Source of the DNA: the human T2T-CHM13v2.0 reference genome, Homo sapiens
Direction: 5' to 3' (one strand)
Length of the DNA: 64,000 nucleotides
Assembly: GCF_009914755.1 (NCBI RefSeq)
Contig: NC_060925.1
Under the pieces are notes generated by a model, which saw nothing but the letters and a program-made list of their open reading frames with translations, was not told the DNA's origin and did no database searches. The position numbers were made by a program, and so were the translations under genes. Below, one piece after another: positions 30,901 to 45,100 of this stretch (within the stretch, counting starts at the first letter, position 1; every line of letters begins with the position of its first letter).

Positions 30901-33900
30901 TGAATGGACTCGAAAGGGATCATGATTGAATGGAATTGAATGGAATCATCGAATGGTCTCGATTGGAATCATTATCAAATGGAATCGAATGGAATCACCG
31001 AATAGAATCGAATGGAACAATCATCGAATGGACTCAAATGGAATTATCCTCAAATGGAATCGAATGGAATTATCGAATGCAATCGAATAGAATCATCGAA
31101 AGGACTCGAATGGAATCATCGAATGGAATGGAATGGAACAGTCAATGAACTCGAATGGAATCATCATTGAATGGAATCGAATGGAATCATCGAGTGGAAT
31201 CGAATGGAATTATGATCAAATGGAATCTAATGTAATCATCATCAAATGGAATCAAAAATAACCATCATCAATTGGTATTGAATGGAATTGTCATCAAATG
31301 GAATTCAAAGGAATCATCATCAAATGGAACCGAATGGAATCCTCATTGAATGGAAATGAAAGGGGTCATCATCTAACGGAATCGCATGGAATCATCATCA
31401 AATGGAATCTAATGGAATCATTGAACAGAATTGAATGGAATCGTCATCGAATGAATTGAATGCAATCATCGAATGGTCTCGAATGGAATCATCTTCTAAT
31501 GGAAAGGAATGGAATCATCGCATAGAATCGAATGGAATTATCATCGAATGGAATCGAATGGTATCAACACCAAACGGAAAAAAACGGAATTATCGAATGG
31601 AATCGAAGAGAATCTTCGAACGGACCCGAATGGAATCATCTAATGGAATGGAATGGAATAATCCATGGACTCGAATGCAATCATCATCGAATGGAATGGA
31701 ATGGAATCATCGAATGGACTCGAATGGAATAATCATTGAACGGAATCGAATGGAATCATCATCGGATGGAAACGAATGGAATCATCATCGAATGGAAATG
31801 AAAGGAGTCATCATCTAATGGAATTGCATGGAATCATCATAAAATGGAATCGAATGGAATCAACATCAAATGGAATCAAATGGAATCATTGAACGGAATT
31901 GAATGGAATCGTCATCGAATGAATTGACTGCAATCATCGAATGGTCTCGAATGGAATCATCTTCAAATGGAATGGAATGGAATCATCGCATAGAATCGAA
32001 TGGAATTATTATCGAATGGAATCGAATGGAATCAACATCAAACGGAAAAAAACGGAATTATCGAATGGAATCGAAGAGAATCATCGAATGGACCCGAATG
32101 GAATCATATAATGGAATGGAATGGAATAATCCATGGACTCGAATGCAATCATCATCGAATGGAATCGAATGGAATCATCGAATGGACTCGAATGGAATAA
32201 TCATTGAACGGAATCGAATGGAATCATCATCGGATGGAAATGAATGGAATCATCATCGAATGGAATCGAATAGAATTATGGAATGAAATCCAGTGTGATC
32301 ATCATCGAATGGACCCGAATGGAATCATCATCCAACGGAAGCTAATGGAATCAACATCGAATGAATCGAATGGAAACACCATCGAATTGAAACGAATGGA
32401 ATTATCATGAAATTGAAATGGATGGACTCATCATCGAATGGATTCGAATGGAATCATCGAATAAAATTGATTGAAATCATCATCCAATGGAATCGAATGG
32501 TATCATTGAATGGAATCGAATGGAATCATCATCAGATGGAAATGAATGGAATCGTCATAGAATGGAATCGAATGGATTCATTGAATGGAATCAGATGGAA
32601 TCATCGAATGGACTGGAATGGAATCATTGAATGGACTCGAAAGGGATCATTATTGAATGGAATTGAATGGAATCATCGAATGGTCTCGATTGGAATCATT
32701 ATCAAATGGAATCGAATGGAATCACCGAATAGAATCGAATGGAACAATCATCGAATGGACTCAAATGGAATTATCCTCAAATGGAATCGAATGGAATTAT
32801 CGAATGCAATCGAATGGAATTATCGAATGCAATCGAATAGAATCATCGAAAGGACTCGAATGGAATCATCGAATGGAATGGAATGGAACAGTCAATGAAC
32901 TCGAATGGAATCATCATTGAATGGAATCGAATGGAATCATCGAGTGGAATCGAATGGAATTATGATCAAATGGAATCTAATGTAATCATCATCAAATGGA
33001 ATCAAAAATAACCATCATCAATTGGTATTGAATGGAATTGTCATCAAATGGAATTCAAAGGAATCATCATCAAATGGAACCGAATGGAATCCTCATTGAA
33101 TGGAAATGAAAGGGGTCATCATCTAACGGAATCGCATGGAATCATCATCAAATGGAATCTAATGGAATCATTGAACAGAATTGAATGGAATCGTCATCGA
33201 ATGAATTGAATGCAATCATCGAATGGTCTCGAATGGAATCATCTTCTAATGGAAAGGAATGGAATCATCGCATAGAATCGAATGGAATTATCATCGAATG
33301 GAATCGAATGGTATCAACACCAAACGGAAAAAAACGGAATTATCGAATGGAATCGAAGAGAATCTTCGAACGGACCCGAATGGAATCATCTAATGGAATG
33401 GAATGGAATAATCCATGGACTCGAATGCAATCATCATCGAATGGAATGGAATGGAATCATCGAATGGACTCGAATGGAATAATCATTGAACGGAATCGAA
33501 TGGAATCATCATCGGATGGAAACGAATGGAATCATCATCGAATGGAAATGAAAGGAGTCATCATCTAATGGAATTGCATGGAATCATCATCAAATGGAAT
33601 CGAATGGAATCAACATCAAATGGAATCAAATGGAATCATTGAACGGAATTGAATGGAATCGTCATCGAATGAATTGACTGCAATCATCGAATGGTCTCGA
33701 ATGGAATCATCTTCAAATGGAATGGAATGGAATCATCGCATAGAATCGAATGGAATTATCATCGAATGGAATCGAATGGAATCAACATCAAACGGAAAAA
33801 AACGGAATTATCGAATGGAATCGAAGAGAATCATCGAATGGACCCGAATGGAATCATCTAATGGAATGGAATGGAATAATCCATGGACTCGAATGCAATC

Positions 33901-36900
33901 ATCATCGAATGGAATCGAATGGAATCATCGAATGGACTCGAATGGAATAATCATTGAACGGAATCGAATGGAATCATCATCGGATGGAAATGAATGGAAT
34001 CATCATCGAATGGAATCGAATAGAATTATGGAATGAAATCCAGTGTGATCATCATCGAATGGACCCGAATGGAATCATCATCCAACGGAAGCTAATGGAA
34101 TCAACATCGAATGAATCAAATGGAAACACCATCGAATTGAAACGAATGGAATTATCATGAAATTGAAACGGATGGACTCATCATCGAATGGATTCGAATG
34201 GAATCATCGAATAAAATTGATTGAAATCATCATCCAATGGAATCGAATGGTATCATTGAATGGAATCGAATGGAATCATCATCAGATGGAAATGAATGGA
34301 ATCGTCATAGAATGGAATCGAATGGATTCATTGAATGGAATCAGATGGAATCATTGAATGGACTGGAATGGAATCATTGAATGGACTCGAAAGGGATCAT
34401 GATTGAATGGAATTGAATGGAATCATCGAATGGTCTCGATTGGAATCATTATCAAATGGAATCGAATGGAATCACCGAATAGAATCGAATGGAACAATCA
34501 TCGAATGGACTCAAATGGAATTATCCTCAAATGGAATCGAATGGAATTATTGAATGCAATCGAATGGAATTATCGAATGCAATCGAATAGAATCATCGAA
34601 AGGACTCGAATGGAATCATCGAATGGAATGGAATGGAACAGTCAATGAACTCGAATGGAATCATCATTGAATGGAATCGAATGGAATCATCGAGTGGAAT
34701 CGAATGGAATTATGATCAAATGGAATCGAATGTAATCATCATCAAATGGAATCAAAAATAACCATCATCAATTGGTATTGAATGGAATTGTCATCAAATG
34801 GAATTCAAAGGAATCATCATCAAATGGAACCGAATGGAATCCTCATTGAATGGAAAGGAAAGGGGTCATCATCTAATGGAATCGCATGGAATCATCATCA
34901 AATGGAATCGAATGGAATCATCATCAAATGGAATCAAATGGAATTATTGAACAGAATTGAATGGAATCGTCATCGAATGAATTGAATGCAATCATCGAAT
35001 GGTCTCGAATGGAATCATCTTCTACTGGAAAGGAATGGAATCATCGCATAGAATCGAATGGAATTATCATCGAATGGAATCGAATGGTATCAACACCAAA
35101 CGGAAAAAAACGGAATTATCGAATGGAATCGAAGAGAATCTTCGAACGGACCCGAATGGAATCATCTAATGGAATGGAATGGAATAATCCATGGACTCGA
35201 ATGCAATCATCATCGAATGGAATGGAATGGAATCATCGAATGGACTCGAATGGAATAATCATTGAACGGAATCGAATGGAATCATCATCGGATGGAAACG
35301 AATGGAATCATCATCGAATGGAAATGAAAGGAGTCATCATCTAATGGAATTGCATGGAATCATCATAAAATGGAATCGAATGGAATCAACATCAAATGGA
35401 ATCAAATGGAATCATTGAACGGAATTGAATGGAATCGTCATCGAATGAATTGAATGCAATCATCGAATGGTCTCGAATGGAATCATCTTCAAATGGAATG
35501 GAATGGAATCATCGCATAGAATCGAATGGAATTATCATCGAATGGAATCGAATGGAATAAACATCAAACGGAAAAAAACGGAATTATCGAATGGAATCGA
35601 AGAGAATCATCGAATGGACCCGAATGGAATCATCTAATGGAATGGAATGGAATAATCCATGGACTCGAATGCAATCATCATCGAATGGAATCGAATGGAA
35701 TCATCGAATGGACTCGAATGGAATAATCATTGAACGGAATCGAATGGAATCATCATCGGATGGAAATGAATGGAATCATCATCGAATGGAATCGAATAGA
35801 ATTATGGAATGAAATCCAGTGTGATCATCATCGAATGGACCCGAATGGAATCATCATCCAACGGAACCTAATGGAATCAACATCGAATGAATCGAATGGA
35901 AACACCATCGAATTGAAACGAATGGAATTATCATGAAATTGAAATGGATGGACTCATCATCGAATGGATTCGAATGGAATCATCGAATAAAATTGATTGA
36001 AATCATCATCCAATGGAATCGAATGGAATCATCATCAGATGGAAATGAATGGAATCGTCATAGAATGGAATCGAATGGATTCATTGAATGGAATCAGATG
36101 GAATCATCGAATGGACTGGAATGGAATCATTGAATGGACTCGAAAGGGATCATGATTGAATGGAATTGAATGGAATCATCGAATGGTCTCGATTGGAATC
36201 ATTATCAAATGGAATCGAATGGAATCACCGAATAGAATCGAATGGAACAATCATCGAATGGACTCAAATGGAATTATCCTCCAATGGAATCGAATGGAAT
36301 TATCGAATGCAATCGAATGGAATTATCGAATGCAATCAAATAGAATCATCGAATGGACTCGAATGGAATCATCGAATGGAATGGAATGGAACAGTCAATG
36401 AACTCGAATGGAATCATCATTGAATGGAATCGAATGGAATCATCGAGTGGAATCGAATGGAATTATGATCAAATGGAATCGAATGTAATCATCATCAAAT
36501 GGAATCAAAAATAACCATCATCAATTGGTATTGAATGGAATTGTCATCAAATGGAATTCAAAGGAATCATCATCAAATGGAACCGAATGGAATCCTCATT
36601 GAATGGAAATGAAAGGGGTCATCATCTAATGGAATCGCATGGAATCATCATCAAATGGAATCGAATGGAATCATCATCAAATGGAATCTAATGGAATCAT
36701 TGAACAGAATTGAATGGAATCGTCATCGAATGAATTGAATGCAATCATCGAATGGTCTCGAATGGAATCATCTTCTAATGGAAAGGAATGGAATCATCGC
36801 ATAGAATCGAATGGAATTATCATCGAATGGAATCGAATGGTATCAACACCAAACGGAAAAAAACGGAATTATCGAATGGAATCAAAGAGAATCTTCGAAC

Positions 36901-38515
36901 GGACCCGAATGGAATCATCTAATGGAATGGAATGGAATAATCCATGGACTCGAATGCAATCATCATCGAATGGAATCGAATGGAATCATCGAATGGACTC
37001 GAATGGAATAATCATTGAACGGAATCGAATGGAATCATCATCGGATGGAAACGAATGGAATCATCATCGAATGGAAATGAAAGGAGTCATCATCTAATGG
37101 AATTGCATGGAATCATCATAAAATGGAATCGAATGGAATCAACATCAAATGGAATCAAATGGAATCATTGAACGGAATTGAATGGAATCGTCATCGAATG
37201 AATTGACTGCAATCATCGAATGGTCTCGAATGGAATCATCTTCAAATGGAATGGAATGGAATCATCACATAGAATCGAATGGAATTATCATCGAATGGAA
37301 TCGAATGGAATCAACATCAAACGGAAAAAAACGGAATTATCGAATGGAATCGAAGAGAATCATCGAATGGACCCGAATGGAATCATCTAATGGAATGGAA
37401 TGGAATAATCCATGGACTCGAATGCAATCATCATCGAATGGAATCGAATGGAATCATCGAATGGACTCGAATGGAATAATCATTGAACGGAATCGAATGG
37501 AATCATCATCGGATGGAAATGAATGGAATCATCATCGAATGGAATCGAATAGAATTATGGAATGAAATCCAGTGTGATCATCATCGAATGGACCCGAATG
37601 GAATCATCATCCAACGGAAGCTAATGGAATCAACATCGAATGAATCGAATGGAAACACCATCGAATTGAAACGAATGGAATTATCATGAAATTGAAATGG
37701 ATGGACTCATCATCGAATGGATTCGAATGGAATCATCGAATAAAATTGATTGAAATCATCATCCAATGGAATCGAATGGTATCATTGAATGGAATCGAAT
37801 GGAATCATCATCAGATGGAAATGAATGGAATCGTCATAGAATGGAATCGAATGGATTCATTGAATGGAATCAGATGGAATCATCGAATGGACTGGAATGG
37901 AATCATTGAATGGACTCGAAAGGGATCATGATTGAATGGAATTGAATGGAATCATCGAATGGTCTCGATTGGAATCATTATCAAATGGAATCGAATGGAA
38001 TCACCGAATAGAATCGAATGGAACAATCATCGAATGGACTCAAATGGAATTATCCTCAAATGGAATCGAATGGAATTATCGAATGCAATCGAATGGAATT
38101 ATCGAATGCAATCGAATAGAATGATCGAATGAACTCGAATGGAATCATCGAATGGAATGGAATGGAACAGTCAATGAACTCGAATGGAATCATCATTGAA
38201 TGGAATCGAATGGAATCATCGAGTGGAATCGAATGGAATTATGATCAAATGCAATCGAATGTAATCCTCATCAAATGGAATCAAAAATAACCATCATCAA
38301 TTGGTATTGAATGGAATTGTCATCAAATGGAATTCAAAGGAATCATCATCAAATGGAACCGAATGGAATCCTCATTGAATGGAAATGAAAGGGGTCATCA
38401 TCTAATGGAATCGCATGGAATCATCATAAAATGGAATCGAATGGAATCAACATCAAATGGAATCAAATGGAATCATTGAACGCAATTGAATGGAATCGTC
38501 ATCGAATGAATTGAC
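27981..38515 (+). repeat. 10,535-bp tandem duplication, copy 2
   Basis: ORF-track entries from 17888 to 27401 reappear with the same translation at +10,535 (28423-37936). Junction lies in 27981-28016. Confidence 0.92.
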
Positions 38516-41500
38516 TGCAATCATCGAATGGTCTCGAATGGAATCATCTTCAAATGGAATGGAATGGAATCATCGCATAGAATCGAATGGAATTATCATC
38601 GAATGGAATCGAATGGAATCAACATCAAACGGAAAAAAACGGAATTATCGAATGGAATCGAAGAGAATCATCGAATGGACCCGAATGGAATCATCTAATG
38701 GAATGGAATGGAATAATCCATGGACTCGAATGCAATCATCATCGAATGGAATCGAATGGAATCATCGAATGGACTCGAATGGAATAATCATTGAACGGAA
38801 TCGAATGGAATCATCATTGGATGGAAATGAATGGAATCATCATCGAATGGAATCGAATAGAATTATGGAATGAAATCCAGTGTGATCATCATCGAATGGA
38901 CCCGAATGGAATCATCATCCAACGGAAGCTAATGGAATCAACATCGAATGAATCGAATGGAAACACCATCGAATTGAAACGAATGGAATTATCATGAAAT
39001 TGAAATGGATGGACTCATCATCGAATGGATTCGAATGGAATCATCGAATAAAATTGATTGAAATCATCATCCAATGGAATCGAATGGTATCATTGAATGG
39101 AATCGAATGGAATCATCATCAGATGGAAATGAATGGAATCGTCATAGAATGGAATCGAATGGATTCATTGAATGGAATCAGATGGAATCATCGAATGGAC
39201 TGGAATGGAATCATTGAATGGACTCGAAAGGGATCATTATTGAATGGAATTGAATGGAATCATCGAATGGTCTCGATTGGAATCATTATCAAATGGAATG
39301 GAATGGAATCACCGAACAGAATCGAATGGAACAATCATCGAATGGACTCAAATGGAATTATCCTCCAATGGAATCGAATGGAATTATCGAATGCAATCGA
39401 ATAGAATCATCGAATGGACTCGAATGGAATCATCGAATGGAATGGAATGGAACAGTCAATGAACTCGAATGGAATCATCATTGAATGGAATCGAATGGAA
39501 TCATCGAGTGGAATCGAATGGAATTATGATCAAATGGAATCGAATGTAATCCTCATCAAATGGAATCAAAAATAACCATCATCAATTGGTATTGAATGGA
39601 ATTGTCATCAAATGGAATTCAAAGGAATCATCATCAAATGGAACCGAATGGAATCCTCATTGAATGGAAATGAAAGGGGTCATCATCTAATGGAATCGCA
39701 TGGAATCATCATCAAATGGAATCGAATGGAATCATCATCAAATGGAATCTAATGGAATCATTGAACAGAATTGAATGGAATCGTCATCGAATGAATTGAA
39801 TGCAATCATCGAATGGTCTCGAATGGAATCATCTTCTAATGGAAAGGAATGGAATCATCGCATAGAATCGAATGGAATTATCATCGAATGGAATCGAATG
39901 GTATCAACACCAAACGGAAAAAAACGGAATTATCGAATGGAATCGAAGAGAATCTTCGAACGGACCCGAATGGAATCATCTAATGGAATGGAATGGAATA
40001 ATCCATGGACTCGAATGCAATCATCATCGAATGGAATGGAATGGAATCATCGAATGGACTCGAATGGAATAATCATTGAACGGAATCGAATGGAATCATC
40101 ATCGGATGGAAACGAATGGAATCATCATCGAATGGAAATGAAAGGAGTCATCATCTAATGGAATTGCATGGAATCATCATAAAATGGAATCGAATGGAAT
40201 CAACATCAAATGGAATCAAATGGAATCATTGAACGGAATTGAATGGAATCGTCATCGAATGAATTGACTGCAATCATCGAATGGTCTCGAATGGAATCAT
40301 CTTCAAATGGAATGGAATGGAATCATCGCATAGAATCGAATGGAATTATCATCGAATGGAATCGAATGGAATCAACATCAAACGGAAAAAAACGGAATTA
40401 TCGAATGGAATCGAAGAGAATCATCGAATGGACCCGAATGGAATCATCTAATGGAATGGAATGGAATAATCCATGGACTCGAATGCAATCATCATCGAAT
40501 GGAATCGAATGGAATCATCGAATGGACTCGAATGGAATAATCATTGAACGGAATCGAATGGAATCATCATCGGATGGAAATGAATGGAATCATCATCGAA
40601 TGGAATCGAATAGAATTATGGAATGAAATCCAGTGTGATCATCATCGAATGGACCCGAATGGAATCATCATCCAACGGAAGCTAATGGAATCAACATCGA
40701 ATGAATCGAATGGAAACACCATCGAATTGAAACGAATGGAATTATCATGAAATTGAAATGGATGGACTCATCATCGAATGGATTCGAATGGAATCATCGA
40801 ATAAAATTGATTGAAATCATCATCCAATGGAATCGAATGGAATCATCATCAGATGGAAATGAATGGAATCGTCATAGAATGGAATCGAATGGATTCATTG
40901 AATGGAATCAGATGGAATCATCGAATGGACTGGAATGGAATCATTGAATGGACTCGAAAGGGATCATTATTGAATGGAATTGAATGGAATCATCGAATGG
41001 TCTCGATTGCAATCATTATCAAATGGAATCGAATGGAATCACCGAATAGAATCGAATGGAACAATCATCGAATGGACTCAAATGGAATTATCCTCCAATG
41101 GAATCGAATGGAATTATCGAATGCAATCGAATAGAATCATCGAATGGACTCGAATGGAATCATCGAATGGAATGGAATGGAACAGTCAATGAACTCGAAT
41201 GGAATCATCATTGAATGGAATCGAATGGAATCATCGAGTGGAATCGAATGGAATTATGATCAAATGGAATCGAATGTAATCCTCATCAAATGGAATCAAA
41301 AATAACCATCATCAATTGGTATTGAATGGAATTGTCATCAAATGGAATTCAAAGGAATCATCATCAAATGGAACCGAATGGAATCCTCATTGAATGGAAA
41401 TGAAAGGGGTCATCATCTAATGGAATCGCATGGAATCATCATCAAATGGAATCGAATGGAATCATCATCAAATGGAATCTAATGGAATCATTGAACAGAA

Positions 41501-42103
41501 TTGAATGGAATCGTCATCGAATGAATTGAATGCAATCATCGAATGGTCTCGAATGGAATCATCTTCTAATGGAAAGGAATGGAATCATCGCATAGAATCG
41601 AATGGAATTATCATCGAATGGAATCGAATGGTATCAACACCAAACGGAAAAAAACGGAATTATCGAATGGAATCGAAGAGAATCTTCGAACGGACCCGAA
41701 TGGAATCATCTAATGGAATGGAATGGAATAATCCATGGACTCGAATGCAATCATCATCGAATGGAATGGAATGGAATCATCGAATGGACTCGAATGGAAT
41801 AATCATTGAACGGAATCGAATGGAATCATCATCGGATGGAAACGAATGGAATCATCATCGAATGGAAATGAAAGGAGTCATCATCTAATGGAATTGCATG
41901 GAATCATCATAAAATGGAATCGAATGGAATCAACATCAAATGGAATCAAATGGAATCATTGAACGGAATTGAATGGAATCGTCATCGAATGAATTGACTG
42001 CAATCATCGAATGGTCTCGAATGGAATCATCTTCAAATGGAATGGAATGGAATCATCGCATAGAATCGAATGGAATTATCATCGAATGGAATCGAATGGA
42101 ATC
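35560..42103 (+). repeat. 6,544-bp tandem duplication, copy 1 (four units, 1753+1308+1753+1730)
   Basis: ORF-track entries at 35730-41973 recur with identical translation at +6,544 (e.g. 37182/43726, 38490/45034, 39254/45798, 40811/47355). Confidence 0.9.
37182..38489 (+). repeat. Short 1,308-bp unit lacking one 468-bp block
   Basis: A-type block starts at 37182 and 38490 are 1,308 bp apart (1776-468), with no B block between them. Confidence 0.92.
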
Positions 42104-45100
42104 AACATCAAACGGAAAAAAACGGAATTATCGAATGGAATCGAAGAGAATCATCGAATGGACCCGAATGGAATCATCTAATGGAATGGAATGGAATAAT
42201 CCATGGACTCGAATGCAATCATCATCGAATGGAATCGAATGGAATCATCGAATGGACTCGAATGGAATAATCATTGAACGGAATCGAATGGAATCATCAT
42301 CGGATGGAAATGAATGGAATCATCATCGAATGGAATCGAATAGAATTATGGAATGAAATCCAGTGTGATCATCATCGAATGGACCCGAATGGAATCATCA
42401 TCCAACGGAACCTAATGGAATCAACATCGAATGAATCGAATGGAAACACCATCGAATTGAAACGAATGGAATTATCATGAAATTGAAATGGATGGACTCA
42501 TCATCGAATGGATTCGAATGGAATCATCGAATAAAATTGATTGAAATCATCATCCAATGGAATCGAATGGAATCATCATCAGATGGAAATGAATGGAATC
42601 GTCATAGAATGGAATCGAATGGATTCATTGAATGGAATCAGATGGAATCATCGAATGGACTGGAATGGAATCATTGAATGGACTCGAAAGGGATCATGAT
42701 TGAATGGAATTGAATGGAATCATCGAATGGTCTCGATTGGAATCATTATCAAATGGAATCGAATGGAATCACCGAATAGAATCGAATGGAACAATCATCG
42801 AATGGACTCAAATGGAATTATCCTCCAATGGAATCGAATGGAATTATCGAATGCAATCGAATGGAATTATCGAATGCAATCAAATAGAATCATCGAATGG
42901 ACTCGAATGGAATCATCGAATGGAATGGAATGGAACAGTCAATGAACTCGAATGGAATCATCATTGAATGGAATCGAATGGAATCATCGAGTGGAATCGA
43001 ATGGAATTATGATCAAATGGAATCGAATGTAATCATCATCAAATGGAATCAAAAATAACCATCATCAATTGGTATTGAATGGAATTGTCATCAAATGGAA
43101 TTCAAAGGAATCATCATCAAATGGAACCGAATGGAATCCTCATTGAATGGAAATGAAAGGGGTCATCATCTAATGGAATCGCATGGAATCATCATCAAAT
43201 GGAATCGAATGGAATCATCATCAAATGGAATCTAATGGAATCATTGAACAGAATTGAATGGAATCGTCATCGAATGAATTGAATGCAATCATCGAATGGT
43301 CTCGAATGGAATCATCTTCTAATGGAAAGGAATGGAATCATCGCATAGAATCGAATGGAATTATCATCGAATGGAATCGAATGGTATCAACACCAAACGG
43401 AAAAAAACGGAATTATCGAATGGAATCAAAGAGAATCTTCGAACGGACCCGAATGGAATCATCTAATGGAATGGAATGGAATAATCCATGGACTCGAATG
43501 CAATCATCATCGAATGGAATCGAATGGAATCATCGAATGGACTCGAATGGAATAATCATTGAACGGAATCGAATGGAATCATCATCGGATGGAAACGAAT
43601 GGAATCATCATCGAATGGAAATGAAAGGAGTCATCATCTAATGGAATTGCATGGAATCATCATAAAATGGAATCGAATGGAATCAACATCAAATGGAATC
43701 AAATGGAATCATTGAACGGAATTGAATGGAATCGTCATCGAATGAATTGACTGCAATCATCGAATGGTCTCGAATGGAATCATCTTCAAATGGAATGGAA
43801 TGGAATCATCACATAGAATCGAATGGAATTATCATCGAATGGAATCGAATGGAATCAACATCAAACGGAAAAAAACGGAATTATCGAATGGAATCGAAGA
43901 GAATCATCGAATGGACCCGAATGGAATCATCTAATGGAATGGAATGGAATAATCCATGGACTCGAATGCAATCATCATCGAATGGAATCGAATGGAATCA
44001 TCGAATGGACTCGAATGGAATAATCATTGAACGGAATCGAATGGAATCATCATCGGATGGAAATGAATGGAATCATCATCGAATGGAATCGAATAGAATT
44101 ATGGAATGAAATCCAGTGTGATCATCATCGAATGGACCCGAATGGAATCATCATCCAACGGAAGCTAATGGAATCAACATCGAATGAATCGAATGGAAAC
44201 ACCATCGAATTGAAACGAATGGAATTATCATGAAATTGAAATGGATGGACTCATCATCGAATGGATTCGAATGGAATCATCGAATAAAATTGATTGAAAT
44301 CATCATCCAATGGAATCGAATGGTATCATTGAATGGAATCGAATGGAATCATCATCAGATGGAAATGAATGGAATCGTCATAGAATGGAATCGAATGGAT
44401 TCATTGAATGGAATCAGATGGAATCATCGAATGGACTGGAATGGAATCATTGAATGGACTCGAAAGGGATCATGATTGAATGGAATTGAATGGAATCATC
44501 GAATGGTCTCGATTGGAATCATTATCAAATGGAATCGAATGGAATCACCGAATAGAATCGAATGGAACAATCATCGAATGGACTCAAATGGAATTATCCT
44601 CAAATGGAATCGAATGGAATTATCGAATGCAATCGAATGGAATTATCGAATGCAATCGAATAGAATGATCGAATGAACTCGAATGGAATCATCGAATGGA
44701 ATGGAATGGAACAGTCAATGAACTCGAATGGAATCATCATTGAATGGAATCGAATGGAATCATCGAGTGGAATCGAATGGAATTATGATCAAATGCAATC
44801 GAATGTAATCCTCATCAAATGGAATCAAAAATAACCATCATCAATTGGTATTGAATGGAATTGTCATCAAATGGAATTCAAAGGAATCATCATCAAATGG
44901 AACCGAATGGAATCCTCATTGAATGGAAATGAAAGGGGTCATCATCTAATGGAATCGCATGGAATCATCATAAAATGGAATCGAATGGAATCAACATCAA
45001 ATGGAATCAAATGGAATCATTGAACGCAATTGAATGGAATCGTCATCGAATGAATTGACTGCAATCATCGAATGGTCTCGAATGGAATCATCTTCAAATG

